Shown: positions 9,492-19,988, numbered from the stretch's first letter. The stretch is 64,000 nt of DNA from Bacteroidales bacterium (GCA_050296515.1 JBNKRJ010000077.1:7493-71492), one strand, 5' to 3'. The notes: generated by a model from the letters alone, not told the origin. A program made the numbers and translations.

Positions 9492-9818
9492 ATGTCATCA
9501 TCTAAAGCACAATTAGAAGTTAACGGATCAAAGTACAAAGTTTTATTGGCAAATTAAGGCTTTGCACAAAAAGTTGATGTAGAAAACAAACCTTCAACCC
9601 TCACCAAGGGAGGGATGATGAATGTGACCATTGAAGCCACAAAATCTACAGAATTTGTAGAAAAAGCGGTTTCTAATGCTTTTGAAAGGACTGGGGATAA
9701 AGCTCATCGCAAAGCCACTTGGCAGGCCTTCGGCATCGGCAGTAAAAGAATACGTAAGACCGGGCATTATAGTTTGCTTCATTACTCAGAAATTGATTTA
9801 ATAAACGCCCTAATTTAG
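9492..9818 (+). pseudogene. tssD: tssD (Hcp tube protein) pseudogene: in-frame TAA and loss of the 3' half
   Basis: MSSSKAQLEVNGSKYKVLLAN*GFAQKVDVENKPSTLTKGGMMNVTIEATKSTEFVEKAVSNAFER. TAA at 9555-9557 where Tyr is expected. Homology is lost after about 9690. Confidence 0.85.
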
Positions 9819-9942
9819 CTATAGCCTCACCAAAATAACAACATTAATGTGTGTTTCTTTATAATATAAAAATGGAATTTGAAATTTGATATCGATTCAA
9901 CAGCAGCTTAACCCCAATTTTCAATAGCTCCTTGCCTGAAAG

Positions 9943-11445
9943 TCACTGATTATTAACACCATTAACTCTCACGGGAAGTGCAATTATAAAAGAACTTCCT
10001 TTTCCTACCTCGCTTTCAACATCAATAGCTCCACCGTGTTCTTTAATAATATTGTAAGAAATGGAAAGTCCCAAACCTGTCCCCTTTCCTACTTGTTTGG
10101 TTGTGAAGAATGGATCAAAAATATGCTTTTTGTTTTCCAGAGAAATACCTTCGCCTGTATCTTTAATTGAAATGCTGACGTTTTCTTCATCAATAACTTC
10201 TGTAGAAATTGTTATGGTGCCTTTTTCTTTTATCGACTGGATAGCGTTTCCGATTATATTCATAAACACCTGATTTAATTGATCCGGATAACAAACAATC
10301 AAAGGTACTTTTCCGTATTTCTTCTTGATATTTATCCTGTTTTTATACTGTCCTTTTAAAATAAGAAGGGTCATATCAATGCCTTCATTCAAATCATATT
10401 TTTCTGGTTCTGAATTACTTGTACGAGCAAAAGTTCTGAGTCCGTTCACAATTTTTGTGGTTCGTTCTACACCTATTCCAATTATTTCAACAGATTTTCT
10501 GAACATCTCCATGAGTTCTTCAATGCCAACTTCCTTATTATTGACATTTTCAAAAATCACCTTATAGTTTGATTCATTAATATTACTATAAAGTTGCATG
10601 AATCCAGCAAGGTATTCAAGGTTGCTTTTCAAAGCTGTTAAACTTGAACTGATAAAATTTACCGGATTATTTATCTCATGAGCCACACCGGCTGCGAGCA
10701 AACCAAGTGATGCCATTTTTTCAGAATGAACAAGCTGAGCCTGTGCTTTTTGCAATTCTTTTAAGGTAAGTTCAAGCTGTTCTTTTTTTTCAACAAGCTC
10801 TTCATTAGTAAGCAAAATCTCTTTATTTGAGGTTTCCAATTCGCTTTTTGTGCTCGAAAGTTCCTCATTTACAGCCTGAAGTTCAATACTTTGGCTCAAA
10901 TCATTAACTTTTATTTTATAATTCCGTGTCGAAATTGAAATTGCAATAATCGTAACCGAAAATATGATAAAAAGTAAAGCATTAAGATTTTCAACTGCCT
11001 GCTCTCTAACCAGAAGAGTAACTCCAAGCACTAAAAAGGAACCTAAAAAAAATGAAATTGCAGTAGCAAGATCAACATAAATAAAAAATGATAACATAAG
11101 CATCACCAGTATCAATGTTGAAAACCCAAGTGCTCCAAATTCAGCCCCTGTAATTATAGCAGCCCATGAAAGAATTAGACCACACACCAACTTAATTACA
11201 AAATTCTTTTTCCTGTAATTGTCCTTTTTATAAAACCAGAAAAAAGAAATGGAAAACACTGAAATTGCAGCAAGGATTAGATCCAGAATTCTGTAAATCT
11301 TAATTATTTCACTATTCCAAATATCAAAAGGTGCGAAATCAGTAATCAAAATTATGATTACATAAACACAAAGTATTATACTGATATACTTCATTTTACC
11401 GAAGTTCTCAGTAATGATCTTATTCAATACAATTTCGCGGTTCAT
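9943..11445 (-). CDS. Membrane sensor histidine kinase
   Basis: Multi-TM N-terminus, coiled coil, AGVAHEINNP H-box, QVFMNIIGNA, DPFFTTK, GTGLGL. Confidence 0.92.
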   Translation of the reverse strand: MNREIVLNKIITENFGKMKYISIILCVYVIIILITDFAPFDIWNSEIIKIYRILDLILAAISVFSISFFWFYKKDNYRKKNFVIKLVCGLILSWAAIITGAEFGALGFSTLILVMLMLSFFIYVDLATAISFFLGSFLVLGVTLLVREQAVENLNALLFIIFSVTIIAISISTRNYKIKVNDLSQSIELQAVNEELSSTKSELETSNKEILLTNEELVEKKEQLELTLKELQKAQAQLVHSEKMASLGLLAAGVAHEINNPVNFISSSLTALKSNLEYLAGFMQLYSNINESNYKVIFENVNNKEVGIEELMEMFRKSVEIIGIGVERTTKIVNGLRTFARTSNSEPEKYDLNEGIDMTLLILKGQYKNRINIKKKYGKVPLIVCYPDQLNQVFMNIIGNAIQSIKEKGTITISTEVIDEENVSISIKDTGEGISLENKKHIFDPFFTTKQVGKGTGLGLSISYNIIKEHGGAIDVESEVGKGSSFIIALPVRVNGVNNQ

Positions 11446-11650
11446 GCAAACTAAAAAAACGGTTCCTTGTTTTAACTTGTAAGGTAGTGATTTTTATAAA
11501 CCAGTCAAAGAATATTTGATTTTCTACTAAAACAAAGACAATCAAAGTATTAACAATTCTGAAATAAAAGGGCACGTATCAAGTAATACTTTATTCTAAT
11601 GAATTGGATTTACTCCTTTAACTTCCAAAATATTTTCTTAATAGAAGTTA

Positions 11651-11696
11651 AACTTTCAATATTTTTTGAAAGTTCAGAAAGATATTTTTATATTTG
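11651..11696 (+). promoter_or_regulatory. Promoter with overlapping palindromic operator
   Basis: TTTG(11665)-N20-TATATTTG(11689-11696); operator AACTTTCA-N8-TGAAAGTT at 11651-11674. Confidence 0.7.
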
Positions 11697-11700
11697 TATC

Positions 11701-12207
11701 ATGATACTATCACAAAATCAGCAAAAGTTTATCATGTCATGGGGGAGTTTGGGTTCTCAATGGGGAATGAATAAAACCCTGGCGCAAATTCATGGATTGT
11801 TTTTAATTACCAACAAAGCTCTTTGTACAGAAGACATAATGGATGCACTGCAAATATCCAGAGGCAATGTAAACATGAATGTTCGCACGCTGATTGATTG
11901 GGGTATGCTATACAAAGAACATGCACTGGGTGAAAGAAAAGAGTTTTTTATTGGTGAAAAAGACATGTGGCTGATTTTGAAACGTATTATGAAAGTAAGA
12001 AAAGAAAAAGAACTGGATCCTATGCTGCACCTGTTAAGTGAGATAAAACAGGCAGCCGAAACAGAACAAGAACCTGATACAAAGGAGTTTACTGATAGAT
12101 TAAATGCAATAGAAAAATTTGCAAAACAGGCCGACAGAACATTAGAGAAGCTGCTAAAAGCAGATGAACATTGGTTTTGGGGTCCATTTGCCAAATTAAT
12201 GAGATAA
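11701..12207 (+). CDS. GbsR/MarR-family transcriptional regulator
   Basis: WGSLGSQWGMNKTLAQIH, ISRGNVNMNVRTLIDWG, GERKEFF. Real start is probably ATG 11701, just after the promoter. Confidence 0.88.
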   Translation: MILSQNQQKFIMSWGSLGSQWGMNKTLAQIHGLFLITNKALCTEDIMDALQISRGNVNMNVRTLIDWGMLYKEHALGERKEFFIGEKDMWLILKRIMKVRKEKELDPMLHLLSEIKQAAETEQEPDTKEFTDRLNAIEKFAKQADRTLEKLLKADEHWFWGPFAKLMR

Positions 12208-12220
12208 TTTTTTTAATTCA

Positions 12221-12244
12221 AAGTTTCATTTTTTTCTGAAACTT
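12221..12244. promoter_or_regulatory. Second copy of the GbsR-type operator
   Basis: AAGTTTCA-N8-TGAAACTT, same geometry as 11651-11674. Confidence 0.65.
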
Positions 12245-12260
12245 CTAAATATTCAATAAT

Positions 12261-13175
12261 ATGAAGACAAAAAAAAGAATTGTAGTTACCGGAGCATTTG
12301 GATATTCCGGAAAAACCATCACAGATTATTTATTATCAGATGGTTACGATGTAAAAACACTGACTAACTCAACCAATAAACCAAACCCTTTTGGAAATAA
12401 AATAGAAGTTGCACCATTAAGTTTTGGTGATCCTCAAAAATTAACAGAATCGCTAACTGGTTATGATGCTTTGATAAATACCTATTGGGTACGATTTAAT
12501 CATAAAAAATTTAATCATGAAAGTGCAGTAGAGAACACAAAAGTATTATTTGACTGTGCTAAAAAAGCTGGAATAAAACGAATTATTCATGTGAGTATTA
12601 CCAATCCTTCAGCAGAATCAGACCTGGAATACTTTAAAGGCAAGGGTATTTTAGAAAACTACCTGCAGAATTCAGGTATTAATTATTCCATCATTCGCCC
12701 TGCTGTTTTATTTGGGAAACAGGATATTTTAATCAATAACATTGCCTGGATGGCACGTCATCTACCAGTGTTTGGAGTGTTCGGGAAAGGCGATTATAAA
12801 CTTCAACCCATCCATGTTGATGATTTTGCCAACATCATTATTAATGAAATAAATAAGACAGAAAATGCGATTATTAACGCTATTGGGCCAGAGACATTTA
12901 GTTATAAAGATCTGGTAAAGAGCATTATGAATATTTTAAAAATCAAAAAGAAGGTATTTAATGCACCTCCTTATATTGGTTACCTGGCTGGCAGACTGAT
13001 TAGCTTTCTAAAGAAAGATGTTACTATTACAAGAGCTGAAATTAAAGGACTGATGGACAATCTTTTGTACGTGACAACACCACCAACCGGCAAAATAAAA
13101 TTAACCGACTGGGTGAAAGAAAACCAGAATACCATTGGTGTAAATTATAACAGCGAATTACAGCGAAGAAATTAG
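12261..13175 (+). CDS. NAD-dependent epimerase / atypical SDR (NDUFA9-like)
   Basis: VTGAFGYSG Rossmann motif, YFKGK, IIRPAVLFG, QPIHVDD. Confidence 0.85.
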   Translation: MKTKKRIVVTGAFGYSGKTITDYLLSDGYDVKTLTNSTNKPNPFGNKIEVAPLSFGDPQKLTESLTGYDALINTYWVRFNHKKFNHESAVENTKVLFDCAKKAGIKRIIHVSITNPSAESDLEYFKGKGILENYLQNSGINYSIIRPAVLFGKQDILINNIAWMARHLPVFGVFGKGDYKLQPIHVDDFANIIINEINKTENAIINAIGPETFSYKDLVKSIMNILKIKKKVFNAPPYIGYLAGRLISFLKKDVTITRAEIKGLMDNLLYVTTPPTGKIKLTDWVKENQNTIGVNYNSELQRRN

Positions 13176-13363
13176 ACAGGCTAAATGATGCAATAGCAAT
13201 GTTAGATTAAACCTTGTAAAATATTTAACTGATTTACAACCACTTAAATACGAATCTCCTAATTTTTCAGTTATATAACTAATATACTAGTTGTTTAACT
13301 GAAAAATTAGTTCTACATTTGTTTCATAGAATTCAATTAGTTTCTCACATAAAATCTTTTACT

Positions 13364-15226
13364 ATGAAACAGATTAAAATATTAACCATTCTTGTGATAA
13401 GCCTGTTAATGGCATTATCCGTCTCGTGCAATGAAACCAAAAAGTCAAAAAGTCATTCTAAGGTTACATCGAGTGAAATCCAGCCAAAAGAAGAAGTCAA
13501 GGAGGTTGACTCAATAACGCTTCCTCAGAATGAAGAAAAGCCGCCATCTCCACCTGTTAAAAAGAAAGTTGAAGTTTTAAACATCGTTGAGGATGATTCA
13601 GATGTAGATGAAATGATAATAGCTGATTATGAAATAAGTGAAGATATTGTTATTGAAATGCCTAGGAATGAAGTTGTAGAAGAGAGTGAAGAAAACTCTG
13701 AAATATTTCTTATCAATGAAAACATAATTTCAAATACAACCAACCCTGTAAGCAAGTTTGGTTTTAAAAAAATCCAAAAGACGGAAGAAATATCGAATAA
13801 AAATAATGCAGAGAAGTACGACAACATTGTTGAGAATGAATTTAAAGATGTCACTCAAAACCCACTTTCCACCTTTTCAATAGATGTTGATAATGCATCG
13901 TATTCGAATGTTCGTCGATTCTTAAACAGCAATCAATTGCCGGATAAAGACGCAGTTCGAATTGAAGAAATGATCAACTATTTTAATTATGATTACCCTG
14001 ATGCCAAAGGCGAACATCCCTTTAGTTTTATTACTGAAATATCCGACTGCCCCTGGACTGAGGGAAACAAAGTTGTCCATATTGGCATTCAGGGAAAAAA
14101 AAGTGACTATGAAGACCTTAGACCTTCCAACCTTGTATTTTTATTGGATGTTTCCGGTTCAATGAGTTCGCGCAATAAATTACCATTATTAAAAAAATCT
14201 TTTAACCTACTATTAGATGAACTCGATGATAAAGACAAAATATCTATAGTTGTATATGCAGGTGCAGCAGGATTAGTACTCCCGCCTACTGTTGCTTCAG
14301 AAAAAGAAAAAATTAAAACAGCTATGAATAATCTGGAAGCCTGGGGCTCAACAGCTGGGGGAGAAGGCATTTTACTGGCTTATGAACTTGCAAAGAAAGC
14401 ATTTATTAAGGATGGAAACAACAGAATTATTCTTGCAACAGATGGTGATTTTAATGTAGGTACTTCATCAACAAGCGCCTTGGTTGAGTTAGTAGAAGAA
14501 AAAAGGAACGATGATATTTACCTGACAATACTTGGCTTTGGGATGGGGAACTTAAATGACAATCTTATGGAAAAAATTAGTAATGCCGGTAATGGAAACT
14601 ACTTTTACATAGATAATGTTAAGGAAGCTGAAAAAGTATTTGTAAACGAAATGCGAGCGAACTTATTCACAATTGCAAAAGATGTAAAAATTCAAATTGA
14701 GTTTAATCCAAAAAATGTAAAATCCTACCGCTTAATAGGTTACGAAAACAGGTTACTTAGCAAAGAAGATTTTAATAATGATAAAAAAGATGCCGGAGAG
14801 CTTGGTGCCGGACATGCAGTAACAGCCTTGTACGAAATTGTACCAGCAAGTAGTTCATTTAACACTAGAAAAATAGATAAGTTAAAGTATCAGGAAACCA
14901 GAATTAAAGAAAATGCTTTAGCAAATGAATTAATGACACTCAAATTTAGATATAAACCTCCTAAGAAAAATAAAAGCATTAAGCTTGAACATGCTATTAT
15001 TGACAAAAAAGTAAAGTTGACTAAAACCTCTGATAACTTCAGGTTTTCACTATCTGTGGCAGCTTTTGGCATGTTGTTAAGAGATTCAAAATTTAAGGGA
15101 AACGCAAATTACAAAATGGTCGAAGATTTGGCAAAAGAAGCTATTGGAAAAGATGAATATGGCTACCGTACAGAATATCTTAGCTTGGTTAAAACCGCAA
15201 AACTTCTGAGTACAAACTCGTTATAA
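13364..15226 (+). CDS. VWA-domain lipoprotein (YfbK-like)
   Basis: Lipobox LSVSC; STFSIDVDNASYSNVRR, DVSGSM MIDAS, LATDGDFNVG, YRLIGYENR, DAGELGAGH. Confidence 0.9.
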   Translation: MKQIKILTILVISLLMALSVSCNETKKSKSHSKVTSSEIQPKEEVKEVDSITLPQNEEKPPSPPVKKKVEVLNIVEDDSDVDEMIIADYEISEDIVIEMPRNEVVEESEENSEIFLINENIISNTTNPVSKFGFKKIQKTEEISNKNNAEKYDNIVENEFKDVTQNPLSTFSIDVDNASYSNVRRFLNSNQLPDKDAVRIEEMINYFNYDYPDAKGEHPFSFITEISDCPWTEGNKVVHIGIQGKKSDYEDLRPSNLVFLLDVSGSMSSRNKLPLLKKSFNLLLDELDDKDKISIVVYAGAAGLVLPPTVASEKEKIKTAMNNLEAWGSTAGGEGILLAYELAKKAFIKDGNNRIILATDGDFNVGTSSTSALVELVEEKRNDDIYLTILGFGMGNLNDNLMEKISNAGNGNYFYIDNVKEAEKVFVNEMRANLFTIAKDVKIQIEFNPKNVKSYRLIGYENRLLSKEDFNNDKKDAGELGAGHAVTALYEIVPASSSFNTRKIDKLKYQETRIKENALANELMTLKFRYKPPKKNKSIKLEHAIIDKKVKLTKTSDNFRFSLSVAAFGMLLRDSKFKGNANYKMVEDLAKEAIGKDEYGYRTEYLSLVKTAKLLSTNSL

Positions 15227-15249
15227 TTAACACATTGCATATACAATTT

Positions 15250-15280
15250 GATGAAGTGCAATACAATTAAGCACTTCATC
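15250..15280. terminator. Hairpin between convergent genes
   Basis: GATGAAGTGC...GCACTTCATC inverted repeat. Confidence 0.6.
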
Positions 15281-15291
15281 TTCACTTATTT

Positions 15292-17655
15292 TTAAAACTG
15301 AAACCTCATCAAAAATACGTAAAACAGACCCAACTGGTAATCATACCGAACCTCTCCGCTTTCTTTATCATAAGATTCTAACAATACATTCTGATGCTTA
15401 GTTAGGTTTTGCACATCAAAAGCAAACTCGGTATTAAACTTCTTATGGTTCAATTTAAAGGAAATTCTTCCATCTAACCGAAAATAATTTGGGAAACTGG
15501 GTTCATAGGCCTCATCATAATTCGAAACTTCTGCTCCTACCAGTCTTGATTGCTCCAAATCAATCGGGATATAATGCTTTCCTCCTGCATTAACCACCTT
15601 AAAATCAAGAGAGAGTGAATTATATTTTCCAATATTGAAAGTGTAACCACTTAAAAAATTAAATACATAATTGCTATTGTAAATAGTATTTCTCTCAATG
15701 CCATCACTCCCATAATATTTAGATTCGAATATCGAAGCAGTAAATAGAAAATAGTAGTTTTTGCTCAGGAACTTTTCAAATGTCAGCTCTACTCCGTAAT
15801 TTTTAGCTCGTCCTGTATTCACCAGGCTGTCTTTTCGTGGTGAATAAAACTCATTACCATAGTTTACAATAGAATAATAAGAACTGTTTTGCTCCACCGG
15901 AATATTGTGCAAATGTTGATAATATCCTTCCAGCTTAAGACGTAGGTTTTTATTTATCAAAAAATCGTAGGCTACTACAAACTGGTTGCTTTTTGAAAAA
16001 TCCAGGTTATAATTTGTGCGCCTGTAGGAGCTGTCGGGCATCAAGGTTTGCAAAAAATAAAACAAACGGGGTTGCAACTGGCTATGCAGACCAAAACCAG
16101 CACTTAAAGCATGCTGCTCATTAATTTCGTAGCGTATGCTCGTTCTAGGTTCAAATACCTGACTTCCGTTTAATGAAAAATACTGGTAATGAACGCCTCC
16201 ATAAAAAGTCAACTGGTTGTTAAACTTGTGCTGAAACTGTGCAAAACCCTGCAGCAGGTACATGTTTTCATTATCCGTTTCTGTGAGTCTCCGATAAGTG
16301 TAATCGTCAAACAGTCCGCTATCTCTATAGGATATTTGATATAAATCAACCAGTAAACCAATGTTATAATTGGTTTTTGCACTTACTTTTTGAGTAAACT
16401 TTGTGGATAGTGAATATTTCGTTTCTGAAGATTCATCACCATAATAGTTCAAAGAAGGTAAATTGTTATAAACCGAATCTGCCTTTGCTGTGGATTTTGT
16501 ATATGAAGTTGCAATAGCAGTCTTTATCCTTGTATTTTTATTGAAAAATAACAGATGAGACATGCCAACAACTCCCATGTCTGAGCCAAATCGTAAGTCA
16601 AGCTTATCATGACCAAAAGTCCAGTCGTTTTCCTTTCTGTTTTTCTCCAATATTTCAATATAGCTTGTTCCGCCTACACCAAATAAGGTAAAACGCCCCA
16701 GTTTGGTTCCCGGAACATTTATTTTAAACGAAACATCCTGATACTGAGGTACTCCCGACACTCCAAAACGGATACCTAAAGCATCAAAAATAGCAAGAGT
16801 TGAATATCGGTAATTCAATAAATAAGAAGCTTTCGACTTTTTTGAAAACGGACCCTCAGCGCCAAGTTCAAAACCATTCATCCCAACTTGTGCCACGTAT
16901 TCTCTTTTTTGATTATTTCCATTACGCATTCGTAAATCAAAAACACCTGAGAGTGCATTTCCATATTCAGCCGGAAAAGCACTTGTAAAAAAGTCAGAGT
17001 TATCTAATAAATTGTTATTCAATATACTAATGGGTCCACCAGTGGTTCCAAGAGTTCCAAAATGATTAGGGTTTGGGATATTGATGTCTTCAAGCTGCCA
17101 AAGCAAACCAAGTGGAGAGTTTCCCCTGATTATTATATCGTTACGTTGATCGCCAACTGCCATTACTCCTGCGTAATTGGCAGCCATTCTGGCAGGATCC
17201 AGCCAGGTTCCGGCATATCTTTCGGTCTCTTCAACAGTAAACGAACGAGCACTAATATTTGCCATTTCGTTTAATGCCCTGTCTTTTCGCCCATAAGCTT
17301 TTACTACAACTTCTTCGGTAGTAATTATCAGCTCTTCCAACTCAACATTAAGAATCAGCTCTTTTCCTGATTTAACCAGTAAGTTTCTCATTTGTACGGG
17401 TTTGTATCCAACAAAGCCTATTGAGATACTGTGCTTACCCACTGGAACATTGTTCAGTGTAAAATCGCCATTATCATCAGAAACGGTACCAAGCAAAGGT
17501 TCTGTATTTAAAACCACGATATTGGCACCCGGAATAGGACTTTTTGAGGTGGCGTCAATCACAGTTCCCCTGACTTTTTGAGTATAATCCTTTTGCGCAT
17601 ACCCCCAATTGCATAAAAACAAGATACTAACAAGAATGAATAGTTTTTGTATCAT
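15292..17655 (-). CDS. TonB-dependent receptor with carboxypeptidase-regulatory-like N-domain
   Basis: Signal peptide; PIPGANI, RNDIIIRGNSP, IPNPNHF, AEYGNALSGVFD; C-terminal Phe. Confidence 0.9.
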   Translation of the reverse strand: MIQKLFILVSILFLCNWGYAQKDYTQKVRGTVIDATSKSPIPGANIVVLNTEPLLGTVSDDNGDFTLNNVPVGKHSISIGFVGYKPVQMRNLLVKSGKELILNVELEELIITTEEVVVKAYGRKDRALNEMANISARSFTVEETERYAGTWLDPARMAANYAGVMAVGDQRNDIIIRGNSPLGLLWQLEDINIPNPNHFGTLGTTGGPISILNNNLLDNSDFFTSAFPAEYGNALSGVFDLRMRNGNNQKREYVAQVGMNGFELGAEGPFSKKSKASYLLNYRYSTLAIFDALGIRFGVSGVPQYQDVSFKINVPGTKLGRFTLFGVGGTSYIEILEKNRKENDWTFGHDKLDLRFGSDMGVVGMSHLLFFNKNTRIKTAIATSYTKSTAKADSVYNNLPSLNYYGDESSETKYSLSTKFTQKVSAKTNYNIGLLVDLYQISYRDSGLFDDYTYRRLTETDNENMYLLQGFAQFQHKFNNQLTFYGGVHYQYFSLNGSQVFEPRTSIRYEINEQHALSAGFGLHSQLQPRLFYFLQTLMPDSSYRRTNYNLDFSKSNQFVVAYDFLINKNLRLKLEGYYQHLHNIPVEQNSSYYSIVNYGNEFYSPRKDSLVNTGRAKNYGVELTFEKFLSKNYYFLFTASIFESKYYGSDGIERNTIYNSNYVFNFLSGYTFNIGKYNSLSLDFKVVNAGGKHYIPIDLEQSRLVGAEVSNYDEAYEPSFPNYFRLDGRISFKLNHKKFNTEFAFDVQNLTKHQNVLLESYDKESGEVRYDYQLGLFYVFLMRFQF

Positions 17656-17727
17656 AACTTAATTCAAACAACTCATTTGGTTTGACATAAAGTTACTAAG
17701 AAAACAGGGAATTGACACACTTGATTT

Positions 17728-18654
17728 TTAACTATTACTTGTTTTAAAAGCTAACAAAGCATTTCGGAATAAAATTGCTAATAAAACTGGCATTAAACCT
17801 CCTGGACAAGGAGCAATAGAGCCTGCAATGTTATTAACTTCTTCAGTATTTACACCTCCCCGAATAATTGGAATCATTCTGTCAGAATCTTTCTTGCTTG
17901 GAATCTCCTTAACAAGGTTAGAATAAATATCAACAATACATACTCCAGGTTTTAACCATTCCGATTGAATACATCCAACATTTTCACTTATAACAAAAAG
18001 ATAATCAGCTCTTTTACAATACTCTACAATATGCTCATTATCAATATTAATGATAGTAAAAGAACAATCAGGAGGAACCACCTGAGAAGAAGCAGTTCTA
18101 AGTATTAAGCTACGAAATAGGTTCGCAATAAAGTCTTTGTCAGCAGCAAATACAAATTCAGATCCCTTCTTTATTTTCATTGATTCATACTGAAATAGCT
18201 CGACTAATGCAGCTGGCAAACACATGGGATATTTTGTATGATTGAGCCCTTTTGTTAATGTATTCATCACATTTGTGGGATGAAAACCTTCAATTTCCTT
18301 TTCCTCATGAATTTTCTCAATAATTCGGATAGCATTAATATGCTTTGGGACAGGCTGAAGAAGAACGATAGCATGAATAGTACTATCCTCATTTAGTGAT
18401 TCTATCACATCAATCAATTCTTTTTCTGTTGTGTCTGCGGGCCTGGTCTTTAGAATTACATTAAAACCCAATTCCCTGGCTGCCAAATCATGAAGTCCAA
18501 TTGTATATTTCATCAATGGCTGATGTCCAACGCATGCTACAAATGCTATCGTTGGAATTTTCTCTGATTCATTACGTAATATTGAAATTTCATTCTTGAT
18601 ATCTTCAAATATTTTTTCTTTTAATGAATCACCTTTAATAATTTTTGTTTCCAT
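17728..18654 (-). CDS. FolD-like (methylene-THF dehydrogenase/cyclohydrolase fold) protein with altered catalytic motifs
   Basis: Colinear with FolD (LNED..IHAI, EKEIEGFHPTN, WLKPG..IVDI, PCPGG) but the YxxxK and GxSxxVG motifs are absent. Confidence 0.75.
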   Translation of the reverse strand: METKIIKGDSLKEKIFEDIKNEISILRNESEKIPTIAFVACVGHQPLMKYTIGLHDLAARELGFNVILKTRPADTTEKELIDVIESLNEDSTIHAIVLLQPVPKHINAIRIIEKIHEEKEIEGFHPTNVMNTLTKGLNHTKYPMCLPAALVELFQYESMKIKKGSEFVFAADKDFIANLFRSLILRTASSQVVPPDCSFTIINIDNEHIVEYCKRADYLFVISENVGCIQSEWLKPGVCIVDIYSNLVKEIPSKKDSDRMIPIIRGGVNTEEVNNIAGSIAPCPGGLMPVLLAILFRNALLAFKTSNS

Positions 18655-18749
18655 GACTATAATCTTTTAGGTAATTATTAAACTTTGCTGAACACTTAAA
18701 TTAAGTGACTGAAGCTTGTTTTATTAGTTTTGTAGTTATTTGTATATGC

Positions 18750-19988
18750 CTAATCTTTTACGCACCGAACTGAGAACCCATATGACTTAGAGCGACTAAG
18801 CTTACAGATTTCTGTTAAATAATAGGATAGATAACGACTCCAAGTGTCAGTGCTTGATTGTTCAGTAGAACTCCAGAAGAAGCAAGAAGTATTAGCACCA
18901 TCGAAATTAAAATTGGTACCAAAATAGCGGATACCGCTTGGAAGAGCAGAAAAGCCTGATGTATTAAATTCTACATCAGTTTCTAAGGCTCCTCCTATCC
19001 ATAAATCTTCATTACCTGCCAATTTGCTACCCTCATTGGTCCCCCTACAGCCTATATTATTTGCTTCTGTTTGGGTCATACCCAAGTATATTTCTAATTC
19101 TTTCCATTCTGCATCACCAGGTAAATGCCAGCCACCTGGACAAACACCCTGTACGTAACCAGGGTTTGTATCACTGCTATTTTCACCATTCATTGCGGCA
19201 GCCCAGGTATATAATGCACCGTAGATATCTTTATTCGAGAGATTATTATCATAAAAACAATAGGCTTTATCAATATTATTATCTCCCAAGTCAGCCCATT
19301 CTGAGTGGTCAGTTACATAAGGAATTACTGTCCCATCTGCAAAGTGAGTAGTTTTTAAGTTCTCTGCCATCCAAACCTGGTTACCAATTTTTACAGTTTT
19401 ATAGGTATTTCCATCAATGTCAGTAACGGTATTTGGTGCAGGTATTCCTTTTATGGTTAATTCAGCAAAACAACCGGGCCCTCCTTCTATCAATATTTCA
19501 ATTTCAGAGTTTGCATTTATTTGAATTTCTTTTCTTAAGCTCTCAGTAGTTTGATTAAATCCTCTTGGACTAACAATCACTTCTTCATCAATTGTAACTT
19601 TGGCTCCGGTCAACCGAGTTGCAGGATCTACAGTACCATTTTGTAAATAAAGAACAAAAGGCTCTTTAAAATTTTCGATCAATTCACTGCTAATTTGGAA
19701 ATTGTAAAGTCTGTAGTTTTCATTCTCAATCAATAATTCTTCAGGTTCCAATAGTATTGTTGCATTCTGCTCAAAATCTTCATAAAATTCATCTGATCTA
19801 TCATCAGAAGTTTTCAGTTCTGAATTACTATTAATTATAACTGGTTCTTTTTCAGAAACATCAGATCGTTCACAAGTTGTAAAAAGCAATAATGTGAAGG
19901 TTCCCATTAATATCAGGTGCCAGCCACTTTTTACATAAGCAATTCCTTTATTTAGGAATTGGAATTTAAATAAATCTTTTACTTTCAT
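18750..19988 (-). CDS. Lipoprotein with Fibrobacter succinogenes major paralogous (FISUMP) domain
   Basis: VTDIDGNTYKTVKIGNQVWMAENL, YGALYTW, GVCPGGWHLP, GFSVRCVKD; lipobox FTTC. Confidence 0.9.
   Translation of the reverse strand: MKVKDLFKFQFLNKGIAYVKSGWHLILMGTFTLLLFTTCERSDVSEKEPVIINSNSELKTSDDRSDEFYEDFEQNATILLEPEELLIENENYRLYNFQISSELIENFKEPFVLYLQNGTVDPATRLTGAKVTIDEEVIVSPRGFNQTTESLRKEIQINANSEIEILIEGGPGCFAELTIKGIPAPNTVTDIDGNTYKTVKIGNQVWMAENLKTTHFADGTVIPYVTDHSEWADLGDNNIDKAYCFYDNNLSNKDIYGALYTWAAAMNGENSSDTNPGYVQGVCPGGWHLPGDAEWKELEIYLGMTQTEANNIGCRGTNEGSKLAGNEDLWIGGALETDVEFNTSGFSALPSGIRYFGTNFNFDGANTSCFFWSSTEQSSTDTWSRYLSYYLTEICKLSRSKSYGFSVRCVKD

Noticed and set aside
9555-9557. Programmed readthrough or recoding of TAA in tssD
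   Set aside because: TAA terminates many genes in this window and the 3' half of tssD is missing anyway.
9594-9782. 62-aa minus-strand ORF
   Set aside because: Half of it is antisense to the tssD remnant. The remainder may be a foreign fragment, but I could not identify it.
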